Shown here: positions 8,874-18,389 of the stretch, piece by piece | How positions within the stretch are numbered: the first letter of the stretch is position 1 | Layout of the letters: each line of letters starts with the position of its first letter | Source: an uncultured Clostridia bacterium | GTDB lineage: Bacteria; Bacillota; Clostridia; TANB77; CAG-508 | Assembly: GCA_944389475.1 (NCBI GenBank) | Contig: CALXMM010000006.1 | Location: forward strand, 6,755-70,754 | Direction of reading: 5' to 3' | DNA length: 64,000 nucleotides | Notes under the pieces: generated by a model | The model's database searches: none | The model's input: the letters and a program-made list of their open reading frames with translations, nothing else | What the model was told of the DNA's origin: nothing | Translations under genes and position numbers: made by a program

Positions 8874-9365
8874 TTACTTTATTCTTTCATAAGTAACGAA
8901 GTAATAATCCAATTTATTATTTTCATCTTTTATTCCTTTTTCCCTGCTAACTTCCTTCCAAATTTTATCATCAATTCTAGGAAAAAATGCATCACCATCA
9001 AAATCCTTTTCTATTTCTGTTACATACATTTTCTTTACATATGGCATTAAGAAATTATATATCATTGCTCCTCCAATTACAAAAGCCTCTTCTTTTCCTT
9101 CTATTAAATCTTGAATTTGAAGTAATGAATGTACAACTTCTACATTTTCATCATGAACTTTAAAATCTGGATTATTACTTAATATTATATGCTTTCTATT
9201 TGGAAGTATTTTTCCTAAAGACTCAAAAGTTTTTCTTCCCATAATTATTGTATGTCCTGTTGTTAAATTTTTAAAATGTTTTAAATCTTCTGGCAAATGC
9301 CAAATTATCTTATTATCTTTTCCAATTATATTGTTTTTTGCTTTTGCTACTACTATACTTAACAT
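8874..9365 (-). CDS. folA: Dihydrofolate reductase
   Basis: IGKDNKIIWHLPEDLKHFK..MGRKTFES..LPNR..IGGAMIY. Confidence 0.97.
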   Translation of the reverse strand: MLSIVVAKAKNNIIGKDNKIIWHLPEDLKHFKNLTTGHTIIMGRKTFESLGKILPNRKHIILSNNPDFKVHDENVEVVHSLLQIQDLIEGKEEAFVIGGAMIYNFLMPYVKKMYVTEIEKDFDGDAFFPRIDDKIWKEVSREKGIKDENNKLDYYFVTYERIK

Positions 9366-9425
9366 CTTTCTCTCTCCTATTCTAAGTTTTATAAGTTTGT
9401 TTATTCTATATGATGTAACCCTTCA

Positions 9426-10283
9426 TTATTCTGCAACTGGTATTTTACCAATTTTAATTTCTTTTTGATAATCATAATCCTGTACTTCAAAATCCTCTAC
9501 CTTAAATTGGTAAAAATCCTTCGTATCATTCTTTATAACTAATTTTGGTGTAACATCCATTGGTTTAGCCTCTAATAATCTTTTAACTAGAGGAATATGT
9601 CTATCATAAATATGGCAATCACCAATATTATGAGTTAAGGTTCCAACTTCTAATCCAGATACTTGTGCAAACATATATTGTAATGCAGCATATTGCATAA
9701 CATTCCATCCGTTTGCAGTTAACATATCTTGTGAACGTTGATTTAATATTAAATGTAATTTTCCTTCTTTTACCAACCATTGGGTTCCATATGCACATGG
9801 CTCTAAATTCATATCTTTTAGTTCTTCATGATTAAATATATTTGTCATAATTCTACGACTTGATGGGTCATTTTTTAGTAAATATAAAACATAATCAACT
9901 TGATCCATCTCTTTAATTCCTTCTTTTGTTTTGAATTGATATTTCTTTCCCAATTGATATCCATATGCTTTACCAATACTACCATTTTCATCAATCCATT
10001 GATCCCAAATATGTGAATTTAAATCTTTTACATTGTTTGATTTCTTTTGCCATATCCATAATATTTCATCAATAGCTTTATAGATTGTTTTAGAATTATT
10101 TCTAAGTGTTATCATAGGAAATTCTTTTCCTACATCATATTTATTTGTTACTCCAACTATGGAATAATAATTAGCTTCACTTCCATCTTCCCATCTTGTA
10201 CGTACATGTGTCCCTTCTGATGAATAACCATGCTCAATTATCTCTTTACAAGTATCAATAAAATGTTTATCTGCCTGTGTCAT
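9426..10283 (-). CDS. thyA: Thymidylate synthase
   Basis: Catalytic PC (LEPCAY), QRSQD, HNIGDCHIYDRH; adjacent to folA. Confidence 0.97.
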   Translation of the reverse strand: MTQADKHFIDTCKEIIEHGYSSEGTHVRTRWEDGSEANYYSIVGVTNKYDVGKEFPMITLRNNSKTIYKAIDEILWIWQKKSNNVKDLNSHIWDQWIDENGSIGKAYGYQLGKKYQFKTKEGIKEMDQVDYVLYLLKNDPSSRRIMTNIFNHEELKDMNLEPCAYGTQWLVKEGKLHLILNQRSQDMLTANGWNVMQYAALQYMFAQVSGLEVGTLTHNIGDCHIYDRHIPLVKRLLEAKPMDVTPKLVIKNDTKDFYQFKVEDFEVQDYDYQKEIKIGKIPVAE

Positions 10284-10390
10284 TTATACTTCCTCCCATT
10301 CAGTTCTAGTCTTTTGATATTTATATTTTTTTCGATTTAATTCTATATCAAACTTTTATTTATTACAATAGCAAATTTAAGAAAAAGAAA

Positions 10391-10433
10391 AGACTGTTGA
10401 GCAAAATATTTTTATATACTTTGTCAACAGTCT
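10391..10433 (-). terminator. Intrinsic terminator of the fab-acc operon
   Basis: AGACTGTTGA...TCAACAGTCT inverted repeat followed by a T-rich run on the minus strand. Confidence 0.6.
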
Positions 10434-10517
10434 AGAGCGAATGTATAAAATTATACATTCGCCTTTTTATTTTTTCAAATTATAAATGTGGAATTTTATG
10501 AACTATTATTATGCTTT

Positions 10518-11861
10518 TTACATTCCAAATTCTTTTTCTATAAATGATGTATCATATTTATTTTTTACAAATTTCTCATTATTTAATATCTTTAATATAA
10601 AATCTATATTAGTATCTATTCCAGAAATTACGAATTCTGATAGTGCACTTTTCATTTTAGCTATGGATTCATTTCTGTTTTTACCATGAACAATAACTTT
10701 TGCTATCATAGAATCATAATTTTGTGGTACTCTATAACCAGAGTATAGTGCTGTATCAACTCTTATACCATTTCCTCCTGGAATATGTAATTCTTCTATT
10801 GTACCAGGACATGGCATAAAGTTTTTGTCTGGATTTTCCGCATTTATTCTTGCTTCTAAAGCATGTCCAGTAAATTTTATATCTTTTTGTTTGTAGGACA
10901 TTTTTTCTCCTGAAGCTATACGTATTTGTTCTTTTACCAAATCCAAACCTGTTACCATTTCTGTAATAGGATGCTCAACTTGAATTCTTGTGTTCATTTC
11001 CATAAAATAAAAGTCTTTATTCTTGTCTACTAAAAATTCTATTGTTCCTAAACTTGTATATCCTACTTCTTTAACAGCTTTAACTGCAATAGACCCCATT
11101 TTTTCTCTTAATTTACTATCTATTACTCCTGATGGTGTTTCTTCTAGCATTTTTTGATTTCTTCTTTGTACTGTACAATCTCTTTCTCCTAAATGCACTG
11201 CATTTCCATGTTCATCCGCCATAACTTGTATCTCTATATGCCTTGGATTTTCTATAAATTTTTCTATATAAATACTATCATCATTAAAAGAAATTGCTGC
11301 TTCTTGTTTTACTAGTTCATACTCTTTTTTTAATTCATCTTCATTATATGCTACTCTAATACCTTTTCCTCCACCACCAGCAGATGCCTTAAGCATTACT
11401 GGATAGCCTATTTCGTTTGCAATATTTATTGCTTCTTGAACTGTATATATTAATCCATCAGATCCAGGTACAACTGGTACTCCCGCATTTTTCATAGTTT
11501 CTTTTGCTTTTGATTTATTTCCCATAAGTTCTATTATCTCTGGTTTTGGTCCAATAAATTTTAGGCCTATTTCATCACACATTTTTGCAAAACTACTATT
11601 TTCTGATAAGAAACCAAAACCTGGATGAATACTATCTGCTCCAGTTAAGCAAGCTGCTTCGATTATAGCTTTAACATTTAAATAACTTTTCTTAGATGGT
11701 GCAGGTCCTATGCATATTGCTTCATCAGCAAGTTTTGTATGCAATGCTGTTTTGTCAGCTTCAGAATATACTGCAACTGTTTTTATTCCCATTTCTCTAC
11801 AAGCTCTTATTATTCTAACAGCTATTTCTCCTCTGTTTGCAATTAATATTTTCTTTAACAT
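10518..11861 (-). CDS. accC: Acetyl-CoA carboxylase, biotin carboxylase subunit
   Basis: KKILIANRGEIA, HPGFGFLSEN, GGGGKG, EMNTRIQVEHP. Start moved to ATG 11861 (RBS AAAGGA). Confidence 0.97.
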   Translation of the reverse strand: MLKKILIANRGEIAVRIIRACREMGIKTVAVYSEADKTALHTKLADEAICIGPAPSKKSYLNVKAIIEAACLTGADSIHPGFGFLSENSSFAKMCDEIGLKFIGPKPEIIELMGNKSKAKETMKNAGVPVVPGSDGLIYTVQEAINIANEIGYPVMLKASAGGGGKGIRVAYNEDELKKEYELVKQEAAISFNDDSIYIEKFIENPRHIEIQVMADEHGNAVHLGERDCTVQRRNQKMLEETPSGVIDSKLREKMGSIAVKAVKEVGYTSLGTIEFLVDKNKDFYFMEMNTRIQVEHPITEMVTGLDLVKEQIRIASGEKMSYKQKDIKFTGHALEARINAENPDKNFMPCPGTIEELHIPGGNGIRVDTALYSGYRVPQNYDSMIAKVIVHGKNRNESIAKMKSALSEFVISGIDTNIDFILKILNNEKFVKNKYDTSFIEKEFGM

Positions 11862-11930
11862 AACAATTTCAATTCCTTTCTTAATTCGATTAGAATATCT
11901 CATATACATCGCAATTTATAAACTTTAAAA

Positions 11931-12362
11931 TTATTTATTATCTACTATAGCAAATGTAAGTTCACCCTTTACTGCTACTTCACCATTTACAGTAGCCACA
12001 GCTGAACCAACTCCTATTGGTCCTTTTCTTTTTATAATTTTAACTTCTAATTTTAATACATCTCCAGGAATTACTGGCTTTTTAAATCTTAATTTATCAA
12101 CTCCACCAAATAAAGCATTTTTACCTTTATTCTCTGGCATAGAAAGAATGGCAACAGCACCTGTTTGTGCTAATGCCTCTATTGTTAATACACCAGGCAT
12201 AATTGGATTTCCAGGGAAATGTCCTTGGAAATGTGGTTCATTTATACATACATTTTTATAAGCTATACAACTTTCTCCAGGCACACACTCTTCAACTCTA
12301 TCAATCATTAAAAATGGTGGTCTTTGAGGAATAATATCCATGATTTCATTAATATTTAACAT
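11931..12362 (-). CDS. fabZ: 3-hydroxyacyl-ACP dehydratase
   Basis: [23 protein letters not shown]. Confidence 0.97.
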   Translation of the reverse strand: MLNINEIMDIIPQRPPFLMIDRVEECVPGESCIAYKNVCINEPHFQGHFPGNPIMPGVLTIEALAQTGAVAILSMPENKGKNALFGGVDKLRFKKPVIPGDVLKLEVKIIKRKGPIGVGSAVATVNGEVAVKGELTFAIVDNK

Positions 12363-12391
12363 TTTTCTTCTCCTTTTTGAACTTTAAGTAT

Positions 12392-12841
12392 TTATTTTAT
12401 CTTAAATAATGTTGTTCCATATTCTACCATATCTTCGTTTTTTACGCAGATTTCTACTATTTCTCCATCATACTCTGATTCTATTTCGTTCATTAATTTC
12501 ATTGCTTCGATAACACAAAGTACATCACCTTTTTTTACTTTGTCACCTACTTTTACATATGGTTCATCTTTTGGAGATGGACTGCTATAAAATGTTCCTA
12601 CCATTGGTGATTTTACTTCTTTATAATTTTCTGTTGCTACTACTGCTTTTTCTTCTTCTTTTTTCTCCGTAGGTAATGTTGTCTCTTTTACAGCAGGCAT
12701 AGTAGGTTCCACTGTTTCTATAATTTTTGCTTCATTCTTTTTCATTTTTATTTTTGTTCCATCTGGGAATTCTATATCTAAACTATCTACTTTTGAGTTT
12801 CCCATGTCATCTAATAATCTTTTAATATCACTATATTCCAT
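12392..12841 (-). CDS. accB: Biotin carboxyl carrier protein
   Basis: SPMVGTFY, EAMKLMNEI biotinylation motif. Confidence 0.97.
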   Translation of the reverse strand: MEYSDIKRLLDDMGNSKVDSLDIEFPDGTKIKMKKNEAKIIETVEPTMPAVKETTLPTEKKEEEKAVVATENYKEVKSPMVGTFYSSPSPKDEPYVKVGDKVKKGDVLCVIEAMKLMNEIESEYDGEIVEICVKNEDMVEYGTTLFKIK

Positions 12842-12946
12842 TTTTATATCTTTCCTTTCTTGCTTTACTTTTGAGATTCTTCAAAAGCTTTTTGCTCATT
12901 TCATAAATTATTCTTTCGTTTCTTGCAAAAATCTAGATACATAAAA

Positions 12947-14188
12947 TTAATCTTCGTATTTTTTGAATATTATTGAAGCATTATGTCCACCAAATCCTAA
13001 TGAATTTGACATTGCATATTTAACTTCAACATTTCTTCCTTCGTTTGGAACAATATCCAAATCACATTCTGGATCTGGTACCTTATAGTTTATTGTTGCT
13101 GGAACATATCCATCTTCGATTGCTTTTATGCAAACAATTGCCTCTATTCCGCCAGCAGCTCCCAACATATGTCCTGTATTACTCTTAGTTGAACTTACCA
13201 TTAGTTTTTTACTTGTTTCTTCACCAAAAGCTTTCTTTACAGCTAATGTTTCTCCAGAATCATTTAAATGTGTTGATGTACCATGTGCATTTATATATGT
13301 AATATCTTCTGGTTTTAATTTTGCATCTTCTAATGCAGATACCATAGCTCTTGCAGCACCTTCTCCATCTGGTGATGGTGATGTTATATGGTATGCATCT
13401 GATGATGCTCCATATCCTACTATTTCTGCATATATATGTGCTCCTCTTTTCTTAGCATGTTCTAATTCTTCTAGAACAATTACTGCAGCACCCTCTCCCA
13501 TTACAAATCCATTTCTTTCTGCATCAAATGGTATACTTGCTCTTTCTATATCTGTTGCTCTTGATAATGCTTTTAAGTTTTGGAATCCTGCAATACCTGT
13601 TTTTGTAATAGGTGCTTCTGTTCCTCCTGCTAAAACTGCATCTTGATATCCATGTTTAATCATTCTATAACTTTCTCCAATAGAATGTGTTCCTGTTGCA
13701 CAGGCACTTACCATTGCAAGTGATTCACCTTTCAAACCTAAATCTATAGATACATTTCCTGTTGCCATATTAGGAATCCCCATTGGTATGAACATTGGTG
13801 ATACTCTATCCGGTCCTTTAACAGCACATGCTACAATATCTTTGTCCATAGTTTCTAGTCCACCAATTCCTGAACCAACCACAGTACCAACTCTATTCAT
13901 ATCTGTATTCTCAGCTGTAATATCACTATCTTTTAAAGCCTCTCTTGAAGCAACTACAGCATATTTTGAATATAAATCCATTCTTCTTGCTGTTCTTCTG
14001 TCAAAATAATCTTCATCTTTAAATCCTTTAACTTCTGCTGCTAATTTTACCTTTAAATCACTGGTATCAACTCTTGTAATTTCATCTATACCACATTTTC
14101 CAGCTTTTATTCCTTCCCAGAATTCTTTAGCTGTATTTCCTATTGGTGTAATTGCTCCGATTCCTGTTACAACAACTCTTCTTTCCAT
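12947..14188 (-). CDS. fabF: Beta-ketoacyl-ACP synthase II
   Basis: SACATG, NAHGTST, SNSLGFGGHN. Confidence 0.97.
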   Translation of the reverse strand: MERRVVVTGIGAITPIGNTAKEFWEGIKAGKCGIDEITRVDTSDLKVKLAAEVKGFKDEDYFDRRTARRMDLYSKYAVVASREALKDSDITAENTDMNRVGTVVGSGIGGLETMDKDIVACAVKGPDRVSPMFIPMGIPNMATGNVSIDLGLKGESLAMVSACATGTHSIGESYRMIKHGYQDAVLAGGTEAPITKTGIAGFQNLKALSRATDIERASIPFDAERNGFVMGEGAAVIVLEELEHAKKRGAHIYAEIVGYGASSDAYHITSPSPDGEGAARAMVSALEDAKLKPEDITYINAHGTSTHLNDSGETLAVKKAFGEETSKKLMVSSTKSNTGHMLGAAGGIEAIVCIKAIEDGYVPATINYKVPDPECDLDIVPNEGRNVEVKYAMSNSLGFGGHNASIIFKKYED

Positions 14189-14189
14189 G

Positions 14190-14924
14190 TTAAATCATAC
14201 CCCCATCTATGTTTAATGTTTGACCTGTTATATATGTATTTTCTTCTCCTCCTAAGAAGTATACTGCATTTGCAATTTCATCTGCTGTTCCCATTCTTTT
14301 TAATGGTATTTGTGCATTTATGCTTTCTTTTACCTTGTCACTTAATACTGAAGTCATATCTGTAGCTATAAATCCAGGAGCAACACAGTTTGCTAAAATA
14401 TTTCTTGATGCTAATTCTTTAGCAACACTCTTTGTAAATCCAATTATTCCAGCTTTTGATGCTGCATAATTTGATTGTCCTGCATTTCCTACAACACCTA
14501 CAACTGAAGAAATACTTACTATTCTTCCTTCTCTTTTTTTCATCATATATGGTGTTACCAATTTTGTCATATTAAATGTACCTTTTAAGTTTATAGAAAT
14601 TACTTTGTCAAAATCTTCTTCCTTCATTCTCATTAAAAGATTATCCTTTGTAACTCCTGCATTATTTATTAATGTGTCAATTCTTCCAAATTTCTCTATT
14701 GCTGCTTTTACCATATTTTCGCATTGTTCATAATTGCTTACATCAGCTTTTTCTAATAATACTTCTACACCGTATTCTTTAAATTCATTCTGTATTCCAT
14801 CTAAATCCGTTTTGTCTGATACATAATTTAAAATTAAATCATATCCATTTTTTGCAAATTTCTTTGCTATTGCCTTTCCAATACCTTTGGCACCACCTGT
14901 TATTAAAGCTACTCTTCTTTCCAT
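14190..14924 (-). CDS. fabG: 3-oxoacyl-ACP reductase
   Basis: TGGAKGIG, NNAGVTKD, YAASK. Confidence 0.97.
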   Translation of the reverse strand: MERRVALITGGAKGIGKAIAKKFAKNGYDLILNYVSDKTDLDGIQNEFKEYGVEVLLEKADVSNYEQCENMVKAAIEKFGRIDTLINNAGVTKDNLLMRMKEEDFDKVISINLKGTFNMTKLVTPYMMKKREGRIVSISSVVGVVGNAGQSNYAASKAGIIGFTKSVAKELASRNILANCVAPGFIATDMTSVLSDKVKESINAQIPLKRMGTADEIANAVYFLGGEENTYITGQTLNIDGGMI

Positions 14925-14946
14925 ATTTACTCTCCTTTGTTAAATT

Positions 14947-15885
14947 TTATTTCATTATTGATAAGAAATTCTCTAAAGACTCAACATTATTAATATTATA
15001 CAAGTTTACATCTTTAAGTTCTTTCCTTACAAATCCTGTTAAAGTTCTTCCTGGCCCAATTTCTACAAATGTATCAATTTCATTTTCTTGCATTGCTTTA
15101 ATTGCTTTGTCAAATCTTACAGAACTTATAATATGTCTTGATAAAATATCTACCATATCATCATTTTCATTATAGAATGTTCCATCTAAGTTTTTAATTA
15201 CTTTTGCTTTTGGATTTTCTTTATTAAATTTTACTTCTTTTAATTTTTCAGTATATAATTCTTTTGCTTTACTTAATTTGATTGTATGGAATGGTCCTCC
15301 TGTTTGAAGTTTTATTGCTCTTTTAGCACCTTTTTCTTTTAATTGTTCTATTGCAATATTAATTGCTTCTTCTTCACCAGATATTACTGTTTGACCTGAA
15401 TAGTTATAGTTTGCTGGCGAAATAAACATCCCTTTTTCTGCAATATTATTGCAAACTTCTTCTATTATTTTGCTATCTAAACCAATAATTGCTGCCATAC
15501 TATAATTTCCAGGTTCTACTTCGTGTTCCATATAATATCCACGATATTTTAATAGTTTAATACCATCTTCAAAACTTAAATATCCTCCGCTTATTAATGC
15601 CGGATATTCTCCTAAACTTAGTCCAACAGTGATTTCTGGTTTTACATTATTTTCTTCTAATACTTTTAAAATTCCTAAACTCATTGTTGCGATTGCAAGT
15701 TGTGTGTTTTCTGTTTTGCTTAATTCTTCTATTGTAGAATCAAATGTTATTTTTGCTATATCTTTTCCAGAAATTTCTGAAGCTTTTTTGTATACTTCTT
15801 TTATTTCATCATATTTGTCGTATAGGTCTTTACCCATTCCTACTGTTTGTGCTCCTTGTCCTGGAAACATAAATGCTATTTTCAT
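14947..15885 (-). CDS. fabD: Malonyl-CoA:ACP transacylase
   Basis: FPGQGAQ, GLSLGEY, GPFHT, EIGPG. Confidence 0.96.
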   Translation of the reverse strand: MKIAFMFPGQGAQTVGMGKDLYDKYDEIKEVYKKASEISGKDIAKITFDSTIEELSKTENTQLAIATMSLGILKVLEENNVKPEITVGLSLGEYPALISGGYLSFEDGIKLLKYRGYYMEHEVEPGNYSMAAIIGLDSKIIEEVCNNIAEKGMFISPANYNYSGQTVISGEEEAINIAIEQLKEKGAKRAIKLQTGGPFHTIKLSKAKELYTEKLKEVKFNKENPKAKVIKNLDGTFYNENDDMVDILSRHIISSVRFDKAIKAMQENEIDTFVEIGPGRTLTGFVRKELKDVNLYNINNVESLENFLSIMK

Positions 15886-15923
15886 TATTATCTTCCTTCC
15901 TGTTTTTATATAAACTTCGTGTA

Positions 15924-16835
15924 TTATATTTCTAGAATTATACTTCCTGTATTTAGACCTCCACCATATCCAATTAAAATAACTTTGTCATTTTTTTGTA
16001 ATTTTTTATTTTTTAGCATTTCATCCATTGCAATTGGAATGCTTGCACAAAATGTATTTCCTATTTCTTCTACATTTGAATACATTTTTTCTGTTGGTAT
16101 ATTTAATTTTTTAGCCATAGATACCAATATTCTTCTATTAGATTGATGAGGTATTATATATTTTATTTCATTAATGTCTATATTTTGATGTTCTAATACG
16201 TGATTTATATTTTTAACAGTATCTGTTACTGCATATTTGAAAACTTCTTTTCCATCCATATATATTTTAGTTGTATTTGTTAATATATCTCCTTTTTGAC
16301 CTTTGCTTTCTATATATGAATGATATATTTTTTCTTCTTCACATTTTTGTATTACTATTGCTCCTGCACCATCTGAAAGTAATATTTCTGTTCCTAAATC
16401 TGTTCTATCAACAAAACTAGATAATTTATCTACTCCTATTACCAATGCTGTTTTTACTCTGTTACTATCAATGTATAGTTTAGCAATATCTAATGCATTA
16501 ATAAATCCTGCACATCCAGCTAGTACATCCATACATATGCATTCTTTAATATCAAAATATTTTTGTACTTTATATGATATGCTTGGCATTTGAGTTTTCT
16601 CCGATGTAGAAGCGACTATAATTAAATCTATTTTATCTTTTATATTTTTTAATGCTTCTTCTGAAGCTTTAATTGCTAATTCTTCTATTTCTTCGCTAGT
16701 ATAATATCTTTGTTTTATGCCAGTCCTTTTTAAGATGTATCCCTCTTCTACTTTATATTTTTTCTCTAATTCTTCGTTTGTAATTTTTATATTTGGGATA
16801 TATCTTCCACTTGAAATTATTTGTATATTGCTCAT
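15924..16835 (-). CDS. fabH: Beta-ketoacyl-ACP synthase III
   Basis: AGCAGF, PHQSN, GNTFCASIP, GYGGGL. Confidence 0.95.
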   Translation of the reverse strand: MSNIQIISSGRYIPNIKITNEELEKKYKVEEGYILKRTGIKQRYYTSEEIEELAIKASEEALKNIKDKIDLIIVASTSEKTQMPSISYKVQKYFDIKECICMDVLAGCAGFINALDIAKLYIDSNRVKTALVIGVDKLSSFVDRTDLGTEILLSDGAGAIVIQKCEEEKIYHSYIESKGQKGDILTNTTKIYMDGKEVFKYAVTDTVKNINHVLEHQNIDINEIKYIIPHQSNRRILVSMAKKLNIPTEKMYSNVEEIGNTFCASIPIAMDEMLKNKKLQKNDKVILIGYGGGLNTGSIILEI

Positions 16836-16897
16836 AAATCCTCTCCCATATAAATCTACTATATATTTTATAGTTTTTTTACTTATTTTTAATTAGT

Positions 16898-16990
16898 CCG
16901 ACCGGTCAGGTTTTGAGCTTATTTTGTTTATTAACAGTATTTCATTTAACATACCATTCTTATTTTATCATATTTTTGAAAATCTTACAA
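16898..16990 (-). promoter_or_regulatory. fab operon promoter (TTGTAA-17-TAAAAT, 16990-16962) and a downstream GC-rich palindrome CCGACCGGTCAG (16898-16909), a possible operator
   Basis: Read directly from the sequence; the palindrome stands out in an otherwise AT-rich leader. Confidence 0.5.
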
Positions 16991-17049
16991 TATTTGCTAT
17001 TACTTAATTTCGTTTAAATTTTACATATTATTTAACTATGTAGTTAAAT

Positions 17050-17088
17050 AAAAATGAGGAACAGAATTAAAATCTATTCCTCATTTTT
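17050..17088 (-). terminator. Intrinsic terminator of cassette A
   Basis: AAAAATGAGGAA...TTCCTCATTTTT stem with T tracts on both strands. Confidence 0.8.
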
Positions 17089-17142
17089 TTGTGCTTTATC
17101 AGCACTTTTAAATAGGCAATTGGCCTCTATCTTCACTGATGT

Positions 17143-17586
17143 CTATTGATAAGGTAGTTGGAGAAACAGCACATGCCTTGGGGCCACACGCAAATCCATA
17201 TAGATATAATTATCATCTTTAAAGTTAACATTAGATACCCACTCCAAATTAGTTTTGAGCTTCTTAAGCATCAATTTAAACTCATCATCCATAGTCTCTG
17301 AGCCAGGATAAATAATAAAGCAAGTCTCAGATTTAAGAAGATCCTTCATTAATTGAACAGGGAACTCACTATGTAAGTGTACTCTACCAATAAAAAAGAG
17401 AGTCTCCTCTTTAAAATCACCAGGATTATACTGGATGAGTTTTAACTTTCGGAGTAATGAATTCGTATGCGGTAAACAAACCTCAAATACAGTGCACTTA
17501 TGTCGCCAAAACTCTTTATCATCAAATGAAACAATAGGATTTCCATTTTTCTTATTCATACCACATACAAAAACAGTGGCAGGCAT
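17143..17586 (-). CDS. Orphan protein, cassette A (paralogue of 17854..18282)
   Basis: RBS AGAAAGGA. Shares TVFVCGM, NGN, VSF, WxHKCxVFE, YNP, DLL, KL..LEW and RHV with the neighbour. About 35% GC (hand count, 360 nt). Confidence 0.8.
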   Translation of the reverse strand: MPATVFVCGMNKKNGNPIVSFDDKEFWRHKCTVFEVCLPHTNSLLRKLKLIQYNPGDFKEETLFFIGRVHLHSEFPVQLMKDLLKSETCFIIYPGSETMDDEFKLMLKKLKTNLEWVSNVNFKDDNYIYMDLRVAPRHVLFLQLPYQ

Positions 17587-17691
17587 ATTTAATCCTTTCT
17601 ATTGTTAAAATAATATTTTTATTGTATAGATGCCAAAAGAAAAATTTTCTCCTTTCTTTAATTGCCTAAATTTACAATTGTAACAAATTAT

Positions 17692-17720
17692 ATTATACCA
17701 CTTTTATTGAATATCTTCAA
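17692..17720 (-). promoter_or_regulatory. Sigma-A promoter of cassette A
   Basis: TTGAAG-17-TATAAT with extended TG; same boxes and spacing as cassette B. Confidence 0.75.
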
Positions 17721-17755
17721 ATATTTTTTAATAATAATTTATTTAATAAAAGAAA

Positions 17756-17783
17756 TGAGGGACAGAATTTAATCCATCCCTCA
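17756..17783 (-). terminator. Intrinsic terminator of cassette B
   Basis: TGAGGGA...TCCCTCA stem followed by TTTCTTTT on the minus strand; homologous to the cassette A terminator. Confidence 0.75.
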
Positions 17784-17853
17784 CTTTGCAGTGCATTAAT
17801 AGCACTTTTGCTTAGGCAATTGGCTTCTAGACCTATATCTTGCAGTATTGCTA

Positions 17854-18282
17854 CTACATGTCGGTAGACACCACATGCCTCGAAGTCCTGCGCTCTACTC
17901 TCTGAACGACACGGTCATTGCAGCGGATTGCATACATCCACTCCAAAGTCTTGATGAGCTTGTTAAGGCTCCTCTCGAAGGTGTCGGTAGTCCTGAAGTC
18001 GGAAGACAGAACGAAGAAAACTTCGGCATAGAGAAGATCATTCATCATATCTTCGGAGCACTCCTCCTGGAAGAAATCTCCAACGATAAACCACTGAATC
18101 TCCTCACCGGAATCATTCTTCGGGTTGTACTCATTGATGACCATGGTCTTATAAGCTGTTTCATCGTTACTCGAGAGGTCAATCTCGAAAACCGGGCACT
18201 TATGAGACCAGGCATCATCCCCGAAGGAAACCATAAAGTTTCCATTTTCCTTCATACCACAAACAAAGACAGTGGTAGACAT
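17854..18282 (-). CDS. Orphan protein, cassette B (paralogue of 17143..17586)
   Basis: RBS GAAAGGA; motif-level homology to cassette A; about 47% GC (hand count, 360 nt). Confidence 0.8.
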   Translation of the reverse strand: MSTTVFVCGMKENGNFMVSFGDDAWSHKCPVFEIDLSSNDETAYKTMVINEYNPKNDSGEEIQWFIVGDFFQEECSEDMMNDLLYAEVFFVLSSDFRTTDTFERSLNKLIKTLEWMYAIRCNDRVVQRVERRTSRHVVSTDM

Positions 18283-18389
18283 GTTTTATCCTTTCACTTG
18301 TTGATACTATAGTCTATAGTACAGATGCCAAAAGAAAAAAATATTCTCCTTTCTTTAATTGCCTAATATGTACATCTGTAACACCTTAT

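Noticed and set aside
17848-18312. 154-aa plus-strand ORF as a real gene
   Set aside because: It is the in-register antisense shadow of cassette B and has no plus-strand RBS or promoter; homology to cassette A supports the minus strand. Kept only as evidence of unusual codon use.
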